Both the position numbers and the translations under genes were made by a program. 64,000 bases of DNA from NCBI GenBank assembly GCA_965637545.1, contig OZ281499.1:19406001-19470000 (forward strand). Direction: 5' to 3'. Under the pieces are notes generated by a model, which saw only the letters and a list, made by a program, of their open reading frames with translations, was not told the origin of the DNA and did not search any database. The stretch comes from Phallusia mammillata. Its lineage: Eukaryota. Below, piece after piece: positions 50,401 through 63,601 of the stretch. The stretch's first letter is position 1. The number at the start of each line of letters is the position of its first letter.

Positions 50401-53400
50401 AAGCCTTTGCATCGTAATTAAAAGTGGTTAACAGGCATTTTTATTATGTCAATAGCAGCGCTGTGTTCTATGGTTAGCAAGGTGCGTATTTGTTTCATTT
50501 GATCGATAGCTCAAATTGTATTGTTTCTTTCGATTTGGTAACAATCACGTTGAATCTGTTCTACCAGTTGTTTGGGTAAGAATCGCAAAAAAGTTATTTC
50601 TGCCGTAAAATTCCACGTTTTAAAATAATCTACCTGTTTTCGTGCGCTGTTATGAACATGAGGTGGTAAATATTTTCTAAAATAGTGACCAAATTTTGCA
50701 AAAAGCTTCAAGTTTTGTTTAGAGAAAAAGAGTTCCAAAACAGGGTAGAAATGATAGAAGTCGAATGTCAATTAATGGAAAATACTGTAAGTTATCCCGC
50801 AAAAAGTGTTAATTGGAGCATATTTAAAACCGGCTTTTAATTCTTAACTATAACTATAAGCGAATTAGTAATAAAAGCACAATTTCACTGTTTACTGTTC
50901 TTTAACAGTGTTTCGCTTTACGCAAAGTCGTTCAAGCTTTTTTCTCGGCTTTAAACGTTCCGAATCACATCCCCGTTCGCCAATCACGTTTATCGTGCTC
51001 CTAACCTACGATCGAACTATAAGCGAATTAGTAATAAAAGCACAATTTCACTGTTTACTGTTCTTTAACAGTGTTTCGCTTTATGCAAAGTCGTTCAAGC
51101 TTTTTTCTCGGCTTTAAACGTTCCGAGTCACATCCCCGTTCGCCAATCACGTTTATCGTGCTCCTAACCTACGATCGATGCTAAGCCGAGAAATATCTAT
51201 GTACACAATCGAGCGGCGGATTGGTGTCGATGACATGAAAGCAAAAACAACGCTGTTATGATACCTGCCATGGGTCATCTTTATATACTTGATGTCACCT
51301 CATGCCTCCTTATTTCGTGTTATATTTATTGTTGGCGATTTGTTAATCTACTCTGCATCGCTTTTAAACATTCACATGTTCACTCAAACGCTATTCTCTG
51401 TTTCTCATTAAATTTGGTTTAGTTTATTGTACAAAACTATCAAGTTGTTGTATTTGTGTTTACAACTTTTACAAGGTATGCTTGTGAACATTAGACTCTG
51501 GTCTAAAAGTAGCTTAATTGAAACTGATCACTTGGACAGATTTTATGAATTAAATATATTTTATTGCAAACATTTTAGCAATTGCTTATGTGGACCATAT
51601 ATACTAGATTTTAGCCTTTAACCTCGAAACTTCAGTTTCAACATCGAAACTAGACTAAGCCAAGTTTCATTTTCACGCTTGTGACCGAAAGACTATTTGC
51701 GGTTTCATGAAACTTGGTTTTGCCTATTCTTAGGTTTCGTTTTTATTGTTACGACATTTCTGTTAGTTTAGTTTTCACATCCACTTTCAATAAAGTGATT
51801 TCGCTAGTGACAAAACTACGAGACAATAGAACCATCACCCAATGGAAAACCGAGTTTTATGAGGGCGAAACAAAAACTAAGGTTTCATAACCAGAGATGC
51901 ACGTGGCTTTGCAGTTACGCTATTTGCTTATAAATAAAGGCTGTTTAAAGTTATTCGTAAAAAAGTAATGTTTCAGTATGATTTAAAATATATTATCAAT
52001 CACGTTTTTAAAACTGAACCGTAAAAACCCTTGTCAGTTTTATTTTAGCATTTCATGTGAATTCTTGAAACAGTTTTTGGTTTATTTTTGCCACTCAAGA
52101 AATTTCTTGAAAACCTTTGCGAGCGCACGAATGTTGAGACTTACTGATCCAACATAAGTGGTTGTGTACATTTAATAAAGTGTCTATGTCTAAATAGACA
52201 CACACAAAAATACTCTGTAATTTGATCAACAACAAAACTGGCAGAGTTCTTGCGTGTATTTTTTTCATTCACTAAAATTTCGTCTCAAAACAACTTACAC
52301 TTACAGTAATTTCAGAGTGTTACGCTTTTCTCGTTTGTGCTTGAAGTGTTGCTCTACATCCTTCGGGAATCTGTTTACTCATGCTCTGCTCTTATGACTA
52401 ACAACTAGTCATAATTGCTCATAGCAGATTTCAAATCCGCCGGAACGAACCTCGTCTTTGATTACAGATCAACCTAAGCCTAACGCGTTTGATCAGTAAA
52501 TCAGCATTCAAAATATTTGTATTCAAGGTATTTGGTTAGGTTTTAAAATTCTACCATAAAAAGAAGTTTAGGATTGTGTAATGTTTGTGGTATTAAAAAG
52601 TAAGTCGACCTATTACGTTGATTCGTACTGCAGCATTCACATTGTGTAATTTCTTTGATTTTCTTTGACAAAAAATTGAAATTTAGGGTTGCAATTGTTT
52701 GGTTCAAAGTCTTGTAGAGCAAATCCAGCTGTTGTGTTTCATCCGTACGTCGGTATTTAAATTGTGTATTTCTGTTATTCTTTTGTGTTTTTTTTTCATT
52801 TTTAACTATAAATTGAATTTGAGGATTAGGCGTTTTTGGTTAAAGTCTAAAGTTTTTATCCACCATATCTACCAAAGGTTGGAATTTTGAAATTAAACTG
52901 GTCTGTATGTTTCAACTTGTTTGGTTTGAGTGGGGTTGAGATTTAGCTTGAAATTCTTTGCTCTTCTACAATACGCAGTTAGTTAGATCGATTCACATTC
53001 GGTGATAAACAAACAGAACGCACCTAGAGAATGCTTAGCAGACCATGAGCTCAAAACGGCACGCAAACCAAGTCAGAACCTTAAACCGCAGGTAAGCTTT
53101 ACCCCTAGAGAGTGACGTGAGTTGAGTTATCTGAGTTTCAGCGCCAGAAAATAAGTTCATGGTTTCCTACACTGCTGTTTACGCCTCGCCTAATCCTCTA
53201 CCATTTTCGATGATTGATTAGCTGTGTAGGTGCATGCTTCGTTTTTTAGTTCCTTAACGTATTGCTGTCAACTGGATTAGCTGACTAGTGATGTTTGTTT
53301 CTGTTGTCAGGTTGTGCGAAATTTTCTGTCAGTGTCAGTCAGTTATGTTTACGCCTTTGTCGATCTCTGTTTCTCAACTTGTTGCTGGTATCAGTAACTA

Positions 53401-56400
53401 AGTAATATTTACTGTTGCGTAAGTTTACTTTTGAATTTACTGATAATCAACCTGTTTTGGGAAGGGACACAATAGTATGACTTTCATTCTCCAAGTCTTA
53501 AAACGTGCTTGCTTTGTACTTAAACTGAATGGCCGTGTTAAGTCGATAGGAAATAAGTGCTTTGTAGTGGTGTTTGCCGATTCCTAATCAAACCAACACG
53601 TGCTAAAATCTTATCAGTTGGTTATTATGTCTTTGTGCATTTATTCAATTAAGAAATAATTGCATGCAAATTGCAATCAGTCATATCTCGTTTGTGTAAA
53701 ATCGCTCATTTTGGATTTGGAAGTACTCTTAATTAATTGCGTGATTGAAGAAGAGGTCACCAATGCATACCGAGTTCAACACGAATAATGATTTGCTTGC
53801 TAGAATGTTGGGTTATCCCCACTGCTTCATCGTGTTGTTCAAGGTGCCCTAGGTTTTGGATTAGGGACATGTAAGGGTTGACTAGTACTCAAATTCCACT
53901 TTAGTTTGCCAAAGCCAAAAAAGCGTTGTGTATGCGCCTAGCGTTTATTTTCTACGTGTGCAATTAACCAGGACGTTGTTGATAGGGTTCGAGTTTATTG
54001 CATAAAGGCGTCGTAATTTCTTTCTTTCAACGAATGCACATAGTAATTGTACGCGTACAAGGGTATATATTGTATTGAAGTGTTCATTCCCCACGTCTGA
54101 GCTTGTCTGCCAAATTAGTTTGTTCGGTAGAATCAAACTTTAAATTCAAAAACAAAATTCTGACCTGAATACGGGCCAGCTTACACCACCACTTCAACTA
54201 GTTCAACCAGACAACCTTTCATTTCACTACAACATGAATTGCTTCAGATATCCAAAGTTCATCGCGACTCGAAGTAATTTCAGTTCACAGGATAACATTG
54301 TGCCAGCGCTGGACTCGGGAGTGCGCCTTATATGAGCAAAGTATCCAAGTTTTGCTGTCGCTGCTTGTCGAGTTGGTACGAATCGCGTGCCACCAAGTCG
54401 CATGACTGACACTTCTGGTACGCTGAGATACACTTTTCGCAATGCCTTTGTGAAGATAGTAGGTCAAAGCGTTTCTGTCGTTTGTAGCGAAACAAGACAG
54501 ATAGACCAGTTTTTAGAGGCTTTGAACCTGCTGATACTGCAAAGACTATTTTTAGATCGAAATTTCCCGTTAGTTTTTAAAAACAGATATTGGCGACGAA
54601 TTGTAAGTCAATTGTTATTTTGAAATTAAACAAATGTAGTATTTCAGCGTTAATGCACGTTAGTTCTACACAAAACAGCATAGTTTTTTTTTTGTAATTG
54701 TAAACGTTGTTCGAACAAGTTTTCGTTTTTATGTATAGCAACTGATATTAGGACATCTAAATCAGTTCTATCTTTCTGTTCTTAAGTGATTTACATGTTT
54801 AAGTGGTTTACTTTACAAGCCTAGTGTTAGTTCCCGCATTTTGCATTATGTTTAGAACAAGAGGGTTAAAGTAGCAGACCGCAACTAAATTAAGTGTTTT
54901 TTCCTGTTTATGGCTAGGTTTTGCACGAAAGTGATTGGCCTGGCCTGGCCTGGCCTGGCTATGACTAACTGGCATTGAAACTTATATGTGTATTACCTTG
55001 AAATTTATATGCAAACAACAACACAGAAAAAGATATCCAGATTATCATGCCAGACAGTTTTATTATTAAACTGATCAATGTTATACTTTTTTGATGTTGT
55101 TTGTTTACATTTACATATTTGTTGCAATGGCGACTAAAACAGGGCGCTATTTTAAGCACGTGTAATTATAGGCGTGTTAGCACATAGGTAAACGGTTTTG
55201 GTTTGGGCGGTACTGCTAAATAAAAATTGATTGTCATATTTTCGGTTATGACAATCAATTTCGGTTATATCAGTCATAGAAACAACATAGGCTATATTTA
55301 CCCGTATAATGAAAGTAAGTGTTTAGTTTCTGCGTTCTTTTGTATGTAGTGACTAACAAATTTAAATAAGGTGTTTTGGACATTGACAATGAGTAACATA
55401 TTTCCGTGTTGTCTCGTGTAATCAGTTTCGGTGGAAAGCAGACTCAAATGCATGTTTTCTTATTTAGTTATCGTAAGAATTTATATGCATAATTTCGGCA
55501 ACACTTTTGTCAAATATTGTGAAGCACGACAGTTTGGGATTGTTTTGTTGAACATTAGAGTTCTTTTGGGCAATGACCTCCAAAAGTTATGCGCGGGTAA
55601 ATTGTCCCAAATTTTGCTCCAAAACCTTATGTTATTGTTATCGTTAATTTACGATTAACACCGGCAAAATGTGCTTTTGATGAAAGGCGAAACCGATGTG
55701 CTTAAATGTGCTTGTCTGAGGAAAGGCCAAAGATGATTATATGGAACTCAATAATTGTTTTGTGAACTTTAAGGCTTCTACATATTACTGCATCTCGCTT
55801 AAATGTTTGTTGTCACTTCGATGGCAGACCTTGTACGCTCACAACATTGGTGCATTACAATTGTACAAACTGTCGAGCAGTGCATAAATCCACAGCTTGC
55901 AATGTTTACAAAATATATTTCGCGTAGGTCGGATATAACCAAAGGCCGTTTCATGTCAAATCCGCTTTCCTAAAGTCATTTACAATTTGTCTTTTTGCCA
56001 TTTGTTTCAACGTAGCAGTTAGTCAGCACAAACATTTCCTGCATTTTGTAGGCGTTAGAATGGCAAGGTGACTGTGTTGCTTGGTATGTTGTCAATCTTT
56101 AATGCAAAACCTTCCAAATAAGTTTCAACCTTTGTGGACGACGAAAATTAATTCAAAATATATTTTTCCCTTTTTGTACCACATAAACGACTATGTTGAA
56201 ATTCAAGTACAAACTACACACTAAAATTATTGAAAAAAATACAATAGGATTACTAAGAAAATTCTACCCCTAAAATATATGGGGAATTTGTGACTTATTC
56301 TATTATACACAACGTGCCTAATTCAAAACATTTAGATTGAAATGGGACCAGGGATTTTCGATGCATTTACATTTTTGCCTTTGCTTCTATTGTAGCCCAT

Positions 56401-59400
56401 CGAAAATAACGTCGCCAATTTTTCGCACCCTAACAATAGAGGCGCGGTTTATTTATAGCAAATGACATTAGCCGCATACTATTGACCCTGAGCCTTCCAT
56501 GTCACAGTCTGCTTCCGGGAGAAGGCTATTAAAACGCTCTGCTCTGGAGGCTTTACTTTAGTTTAGCTGAACTGAGGTTTAGGCCAGAGCAACTCGGGAC
56601 GGTTCGGTTTTCTTGCTTTGCAAAAAAAAGCTTGCTTAAAATGTCAGGTTTTTGCCGTTATGTTGGGTAGCGTGGTTGGCTATGTATTGAAATCACCCAA
56701 GGAAAGTTAACTATAAGTCAACATTTTGACAATTTTACCCAAGCAAAAATATTAGACAGGTGTTTGCCCATTACGTTGGGTCTTTTCTGCATTGGTTGGT
56801 TGTAAAATGGAGTTATTGTCTTTATAACGCGATAGAAATGCAAAAATACAGAGATTTTTTGTTTTGTTAGCCATGTGTTGAAGTTGGATTGTTTGTTTTA
56901 AAACATTAGCAAGTCTGGAGAAGTTTCAGAAGTTTGTAGGCTAATTGCTGACTCAGATCATCAACAGAATAATTTCCGTAATGCTTTGTTTATGTTTTCT
57001 TCACTGGGAATACAAATGCATAGCGCTGGGTGTTTATAGACAATTTAAAATTTTGACTCAGTAGGGTTTTGTGTTTTATTTGCGAGAAATGTGAGAATAC
57101 GGTGCTGCAATATACCTGTATTATGCTTGAATTGGTTTGTTTTGGAAAAAAAGTGAAAAACGATTTCTGTTGAAAAGTTATTTTTCACGATGAAAAGCTG
57201 CTAAAATCTTAACTCAATGCCCATATTGCGACGTGACTATTTTTTCTTGAACGATTCGACGTTTGCCATTGTTGGTAAAAATGAATAGCAATTGAAAAAA
57301 AAATCCAAGAGAAGTGCGCAAAAAACATTCTTTGAACAGCTGAAAAGAGTTCAATTTTTAGCCCCCAGACATTAAAACGTTTCGTGTTTAATGAAACGCC
57401 AGAATCTGTCACCATTTAAGACAACTACGCCCATCGAATAGTCAAAAAACACATCCCTTCATAAAAGTACCTCTCTTCACTCGTCTCCACCCCTTACAGT
57501 ACATCGAAATGGCAACCTATTTGTACGCGCTCTTGCAAAGCCGTGTCTCTCCCCCCTGCTGCCTTGGTGTTCGCGCGCTTCGCATTATTCACGGCTGCTT
57601 AAGATAACATCACGCTTGACTGACTAAGGCCTCACAGGCGCTCAGCCATGACGCCGCTCCTGAAAAGATTGGCCGACTATTAGCAGTAACATACAACGCT
57701 CCCCGTGGCACTGTACAAGTGCTTGTGACTTTTTTCTTGCTTTTTCGCCTGTGCACTGTGCAGTCTTTTTCGCATTTTTTCCGCGTTTCGGTTTGGCACA
57801 TCGCGCAATCCAGCGCATCGCACACTTGCGTTTGGAATGTAAACAGTCTTGTCTGTTGTGGCACCCGTCAGCAAGCCGTGTAACTGCTGTGCTTGATTTG
57901 AGGCCAGGTAGCTATGAGTAAATGCGTGGAATTTGCCAGGTTTCGTGTGAAGATCCAAAGCTAGGCTTAGAGCCTCAGCGAAGAGGCAAATTGCTAAGAG
58001 CATATTGCGTAGGATGAATGAAAATGGTTGCCGCCTAAAATGAACGCCTGCAATTAAATGTAGCATGTGAATGTTTTAACTTGTCTGTTGAGAGTGAACA
58101 TTTTTTGTATCGACCACTTAGCCTTGTAAACGTTCAGTTACGAACTGACTTACTTGAATTGTGCACATTTGTGTGTAAAGTGTCGAATCTGACATTAATT
58201 ATTAAAACTCAGACAGTACAGTAATAATAACAGGCTCTTTGGTGGAACTAACTTACGTTTAGGCAAATCAGTGGACCAAAACGTCTCTAAATTTAGATCT
58301 CTAATCGCTTGCGGGTGGCGAGAAAAGCTTTTCAAATTCTCAGCAAAGCGAAGGAAGTAGAAAGTGAGACTTCGTAACGCCACTCGAAACAGTCCTCTGC
58401 CCTGTGAGTGACATTCGCCCTGACAGTGCTGACGTTTTTTACTAGGAAGTCGGTTTTATCTCGTTGCGGAAGGAATCCATTCTTTGCGCGCTTTCGCTAT
58501 GGAACAATGTGCCATAAAGCTGTGTAGCATTGTTTTCGCTTCATTAAGATATGCCATCTAATCGCACACGGCTCATCTCCGAAAGTTACGCTAAATTCTG
58601 ATTTCCTTACCACCAAGATAAGCATCAGCATAACGTCCTCAGCAATTGCTGCACGTTGCAATTGCAATGAAGGTGTAAAAACGGTTTTGGGTTATCCTTA
58701 GATAGTTTAGTTGGTCTAGTTTCAATTAGAAAAACTCGAGTCAATGCCGTGAAACTTACCACAACGAAGTTACGGCAATAATGTGTTCATTCTGAAACCA
58801 AAGTTTATCGTTCGAATACACACCCCATACTGAATTGCGTATCTTAGTTGATGTTAATCGTCAAAAAGTTATAATTCTGGAGTATTTGAACTTTATGTGT
58901 CAGATGTTTTGACATATCAGCGTGCTGCATAATACCGGCTTATCGCGGTCTCCGAATTTGACTTAATTTCAGTTTTACGCAGTGCACAGATCTTCCTGTG
59001 GTAGAATTTGATACGATAAACCGCCTAAATAGTGGTGTCGGGCAGGTAGGGAGGTAGAATGATGCATCCCAGCGCGAATGTAAGGAATGCATGTCCGCTA
59101 TTGTTGTTTAACTTCCCCTGTGTGTTGGAACGTGCTGACGTAAGCGCAGTTTTTTTTGTCACGTGACGAATACCTGGTCGTGATATACACTTGTGACGTC
59201 CAAGGGAAGTGTGCGCTGTCCTGACCCTATTTATAACTTGAACTTAATGAGGTTAAACCTCCATACCGAAAAATTCTGCGTTGTTATTAGATCATATAAT
59301 TTTTCTTCATGATAGTATAAACACCAAACAGATTTTCATGTGTTTTTAAGCCTTTGTAGAGAGAGCTTTTCTATTGGTTCTACTGTAAAAAAGTGTGAAC

Positions 59401-62400
59401 TGCAGTTATTGTGTAGCAACAGCTCGCTAAAGTTATAAATCAACGGACGCATCATAGGTTTATCATTTTAACCCTGTCTGCCCTAGCCTACTCTAAGCGT
59501 GCGGTCATTTCCATGACCCGTAGACCTGCTCTTGTCATGGAAATTTCGTCGACTTTATGTGTGTGCAATTACAGTTAATTTACGTAGAAGGTTCAGTTAG
59601 GGCCCCTAGGCTGTACAGATAGAAGTTGTTGTTACTATCAGCGGTCAAATCTAACTGCATTATCTTATTACCAAGTTTCAAGCAAAATTGATGCAAAAGA
59701 TAAACTATCTTATAACACCTTTGTTACTGTTTAAGGGACGTATTACGCCTGTATATACTAAACGTTATTCATTGCTGTCTATTGTATCAGTAAGATAGCG
59801 TTATGAATCAGTATATCTTAGTGTGTCTGTTTTTAGAAACGAGTCATTTTTAGTGTACGTATACCAGTCTGTTTGTTTATTAAATCACTACAGCCAAGAC
59901 GTACGTACTAAGTTGGGTTGTTTGAAACACGGAAGTTGTGTAGAGCAGTACAACAGATGCAGCAGTACTTCGAATGAAAAGTTGTTAGGTAAGGTATGCT
60001 GCACCAATAATCCGGAATTTTAAGTTTCTTCGACTTTGAGGTGCTTATAATTCAATTCATTTCAAAGAATTGTTTAGAATTTGATTGATTATTTTGACTA
60101 AGTTACTATTCATACAGTACAGTACACATCATATTTGACTTATTAAGTTTTGACAAGGCTTGGCTGTGAACTTAGCCTGTATAGGTCATGAACGTGAGTT
60201 TGAATTCGTGCGGTATACAGTAATTTAATTATGTGCGTCGCGTCGTTGCATTTGACAGCAAGTTCGAGGTAAGGCTTGACGGAGCACCACTGGTTGGCTG
60301 GCGTCTTGTGCATTGTTGTAAATCGCTGCTTCTGCGCCACTCGACAATTAAATGCTTTTGACACTCGAGAATATCGCCTCTGGGTTACAAAGCGAACAGC
60401 GATTAGGCGCCAGCGAACAACAACGAGTCTTTCGCTAGAAAGCACGCCGCGGAATCCTGTATCTAGCCACTAAAGCCTGCTAAATTTTGCGGTAAACAGA
60501 GTAGGGTACAGTAAACGCATTATCCGGAGTTTTTAGGTACTTAAACTGTGCTGGGAACGGAGGCAAGTTTAGGCAGCAACAGTTTTAGATTGCTCAGAAA
60601 AGGTATGCTAGTCTTGTTGCTGAGAATTTACTGGAAGCCTGATTAGTGCAAATTTGAAAGAAAGGCATTTAGTATTTCATTATTATAAAGTTTTCACTAA
60701 AATGGGGTAAAATTTGATTTTGGCAGATTTAGGTAACTACAGCATATGTTTAAATAACGTACAGTTTTCAGTGTCACCCAAACTACACCAGACTGAAAAA
60801 CTCGAAAAGTTTGATAAGAATAGCTTACTTAAGTACATGACGAGCGTCGCATCTGAGCAGTCTAAAAACTTTGATGTCCATGTTTACCATCGATACTTAA
60901 GTCCCACTTGATGGTCGGTTCTCCTATGTGCTTGGCAAGCAGACGCAAGACCAGTTTGTTTCACTTACGCGAGTTCTGTTATTAAGCAGCAGTTAAAGAA
61001 AGAAACCTGCAATCGGGCATTGCTATTTTTTGAGAAGTTTGCTATTTCATGTTACATGTAAATTTTAACGTTTCGTGGTGCCTATACATAGCAAGGTCGT
61101 ATCTTTTGTTAAACAAACGTCTAAAAAGCTTATAAACGGTCTAGTTGCGATGCAAGAACTGGGAATCGCTTTTAACGGGTTATCGTATTGCTGCAGGAAG
61201 CATGGGAGAGCGACCAGTTCATTGCTTTCTGACTTGCAGTTTCAAATTTCTATAGTTTTGTGCGAAGGTTGAGGTATATTTCGCTCAGTCGACCTATATT
61301 GCACCTGCGGATCATACAGTCTTAAATTTAACAACGTTTACCGAGACGGACTTACTAACTTTCGCTAAAGGTCCGTGTGGAATTTTTTTGTTTAAAGGCA
61401 AGTTTGCGGTGCTGAAACCGACTTGCTTTAGACACGTTGTGTTTCTTATGACGATGTTCCGTCGCCAAGGGCGGTTTTGAGTTTTAGTATTTTGGTATTC
61501 TTTCAGAAATCGCCAGTTTATGGCATGTAACACCTTAATGAGCAGGCTGTAGCAAACTTACGAGTATGATATCTTCTGTGTTGGAAATGGTAGCCAAGCG
61601 GCGTGGATCTTATGATATGGCCACCGAAAACGAGGAAAGGTGCAAAAACCCAGTCTTACGCACGCATACCCACACAGGAATGAAACTATTAATCATGTTA
61701 TCATTGCACTATTGTTTTCATACCATCAACACCACGTCCAGGAATTGACGCAACGGTGGTGTTTTTTCGCCGGCTTCTAATGTTGCCACAGCATCTTTTT
61801 TCGATCCATCTTACGCACATTTGCGCAGAATGCAGTGTAAAAGGGAGGTGTTTCAGTTGATTGCATGCAACTGTAAATTTGCAGTCACTACTTTTCATGT
61901 CATTGTTAGATTTCAAGAGATACCTTAGAAAAACGCAAGCTGAAAAACGTTGTTGTAATCCAATAAAGTTATTTTTTGGGGGAATTGCAGCATGGTGATT
62001 GAAGGCAATGTCAGTCAGTTTTACCGTCATATTCATTCATACCACTCCAAGCATTTAGCTTAATGGGAAAGCATTCTTACACTGGATTGAGAAATATATC
62101 CAGAGGGATATCACTATTTATCATTTGTCGATTTTGTCCCAATGGGGACTGTGTTTATTGCGATGTGAATTGTGGTAGGTTCTATCCTTCAGCAATTTAA
62201 TTGGCTTCTTTTTGTATTGCAGCTTTGGTAAACAAATTCCTGGTACCAAACGCAGAGGTTGTCAATGCCTTGTCCTTGAACCATCGGAAATGATAGCTGT
62301 AAGTATATTTTATTTATGTTTTGTTTGATTATAATCAGTTGTGTTGTTTGAGTACATAATTATGTACCATTTGCCTAAAATATTTGTTGCATTTAGTTTG

Positions 62401-63601
62401 TAATATTTTACACATTTGCTTTATCTCGATACAAAACACCATATGTTTATGAACAGCACTGCTGTACTGAACCTTGCATAAAGATGTGAGAAAGTGCCTT
62501 AAAAAAGGCTGCCCAGGTTCATGAATGATGCATCACCTGAAAACATAGACAATGAATCATATACCCTTCTACTCTCTTTTTTGTAATTAGCTCTCTTTTT
62601 GTGAATACGGAAGTGTGGGCTATAAGTTTGTGATTGAAAAATCGGCACCAAAGCTTGTTGATCTCACTCATCAGCTTGACCTGGCATTGCTGTTCTTATC
62701 GCCATGACATCCTTGACAGCAATAAAATGCCTGAGGGCCTTAGTCTCTTCTTGGATGTCGTCCTTATCTGATAAAGTGTTAAGCCTCACCTTCTTGTTGC
62801 CAAGGCACTGCTGGCCTTTTTTTGCGGAGATTTCCAAAATAGATATCTGGCACTGGTCCCAGTCATGAGGGTTACTTGGCATGTAAACACTGTTTTTTTT
62901 TAGTTCAGAATGTTTTTAAATTCAATTTAGACTGTTTTAGGACACTAGGAATGCTAGATTAAATGTGTTGTGTTTCAAGATGTAGAAACTTTATTACATA
63001 TGAAATATTTTGTCTAATACACTTGTCATTTTACAGATTGACTACCCAGATATGACTTTACATAGCGGTGGAATAACGACAAGACCTCACGCTTTTCGCC
63101 ATAGCAGCTCAAATTCTGCGTCAAGTACATTAGACAGTGTAATTGAAGTGGATTCCACATCTTCTGAAGTAAGTAATGTACCTTGTTGGTTTTTGTTTTT
63201 TTCAAACTGTTGATTGCAACAATAAGTTAATCGGATTTTGTAGGCCCATCATATTTTACTGTTTGATATTTCTGTGTTTTTTTCCTCAAACTGGTAATTT
63301 GTTTTTAAAAATTTTCTCAAAATGATGTAATATAATTGAACTTTACTTTCTGGAGTAATGCAACAAAGTGGTAAAGCAAGGTTGAAGTCAATTATATTAA
63401 TCCTTTAAATCTGTTTCCTTGCACTTTTTTGGTAATCAACTGCTACTGCATTTGCATTGCATTCAATAAAATGAACTGTCATTTTAGTCGTTACACAGCT
63501 CCCCGATGCACCAAGCTATGGCAACAAACTTGCACAAAGCTGCAAATGGACAAGTTACAATGCGAGACGATATTTCACAATCCAGCTTTTCAAAAGACAT
63601 T
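41427..63601 (+). CDS. RAPGEF2/6: Rap guanine nucleotide exchange factor 2/6 (PDZ-GEF), 5' part; continues beyond window
   Basis: Exons 41427-41498 (MSLGSLDKELLFALRTPTQKRTER), 42086-42213 (ELSVIYSSLCRLETLSSMKEQSLRTLCSLARYETHNANEILFR), 42437-42520 (KDDPCRCWYILMCGSVFIQGSMFLPYA), 62223-62298 (FGKQIPGTKRRGCQCLVLEPSEMIA), 63037-63168 and 63488-63601. Phases are consistent, and the sequence closely resembles the N-terminal degenerate cNMP-binding domain of vertebrate RAPGEF2/RAPGEF6. Confidence 0.92.
43570..44120 (-). mobile_element. Degenerate CR1/L2-like LINE 3' fragment in RAPGEF intron
   Basis: Reverse-strand pieces CLKQIKPAALW, TTKLFY, VKYGINL and QRIKDCQKSFGWLTDRKSRF resemble the post-RT region of CR1/L2 ORF2. 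Many frameshifts. Confidence 0.4.
45148..45200 (+). CDS. Candidate alternative first coding exon of RAPGEF2/6
   Basis: aaccATGg context, MEDIDVFDDNFPVRMRT, donor CG|GTAAGA, phase 2 (matches acceptor at 62223). Confidence 0.55.
46960..47089. mobile_element. Small degenerate hAT-type MITE
   Basis: cagcggttcttaacc / ggttaagaaacact. No TSD was retained. Confidence 0.55.
47218..47619. mobile_element. hAT-type MITE (402 bp)
   Basis: TIRs cagggttgcta / tggcaaccctg, perfect 8-bp TSD cttataac, and subterminal tandem aaataaggacaaatcttag repeats. Confidence 0.9.
48290..48410 (-). mobile_element. Degenerate 'cccggcccga' family fragment
   Basis: The reverse complement aaagtacaagccctgaatccaggccatacccga resembles 20214-20246. 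Confidence 0.45.
50852..51177. repeat. Near-perfect tandem duplication, 2 x 163 bp
   Basis: Units 50852-51014 and 51015-51177, with two substitutions by manual comparison. Confidence 0.93.
53045..53091 (+). CDS. Candidate alternative first coding exon of RAPGEF2/6
   Basis: gaccATGa, MSSKRHANQVRTLNR, donor AG|GTAAGC, phase 2. Confidence 0.5.
59130..59240 (+). promoter_or_regulatory. Putative internal promoter/enhancer (CRE-like x2, GTCACGTGAC E-box, TATA/MEF2-like)
   Basis: tgacgtaa 59136-59143, gtcacgtgac 59158-59167, tgacgtcc 59194-59201, ctatttataa 59227-59236. Confidence 0.45.
60231..60268 (+). CDS. Candidate alternative first coding exon of RAPGEF2/6
   Basis: MCVASLHLTASS, donor AG|GTAAGG, phase 2. 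Confidence 0.4.
61566..61639 (+). CDS. Candidate alternative first coding exon of RAPGEF2/6
   Basis: MISSVLEMVAKRRGSYDMATENEE, donor AG|GTGCAA (weaker), phase 2. Confidence 0.45.

Noticed and set aside
50852-51177. CRISPR-like repeat
   Set aside because: There are only two long adjacent copies with no spacers, in a eukaryotic context.
54943-54960. (ggcct)n micro-repeat; also (TA)n at ~9572-9610
   Set aside because: Ordinary microsatellites.
57480-58070. GC-richer block with 128-aa and 84-aa minus-strand ORFs
   Set aside because: It has no domain signature or splice support; it is more likely regulatory intron sequence, but nothing specific could be supported.
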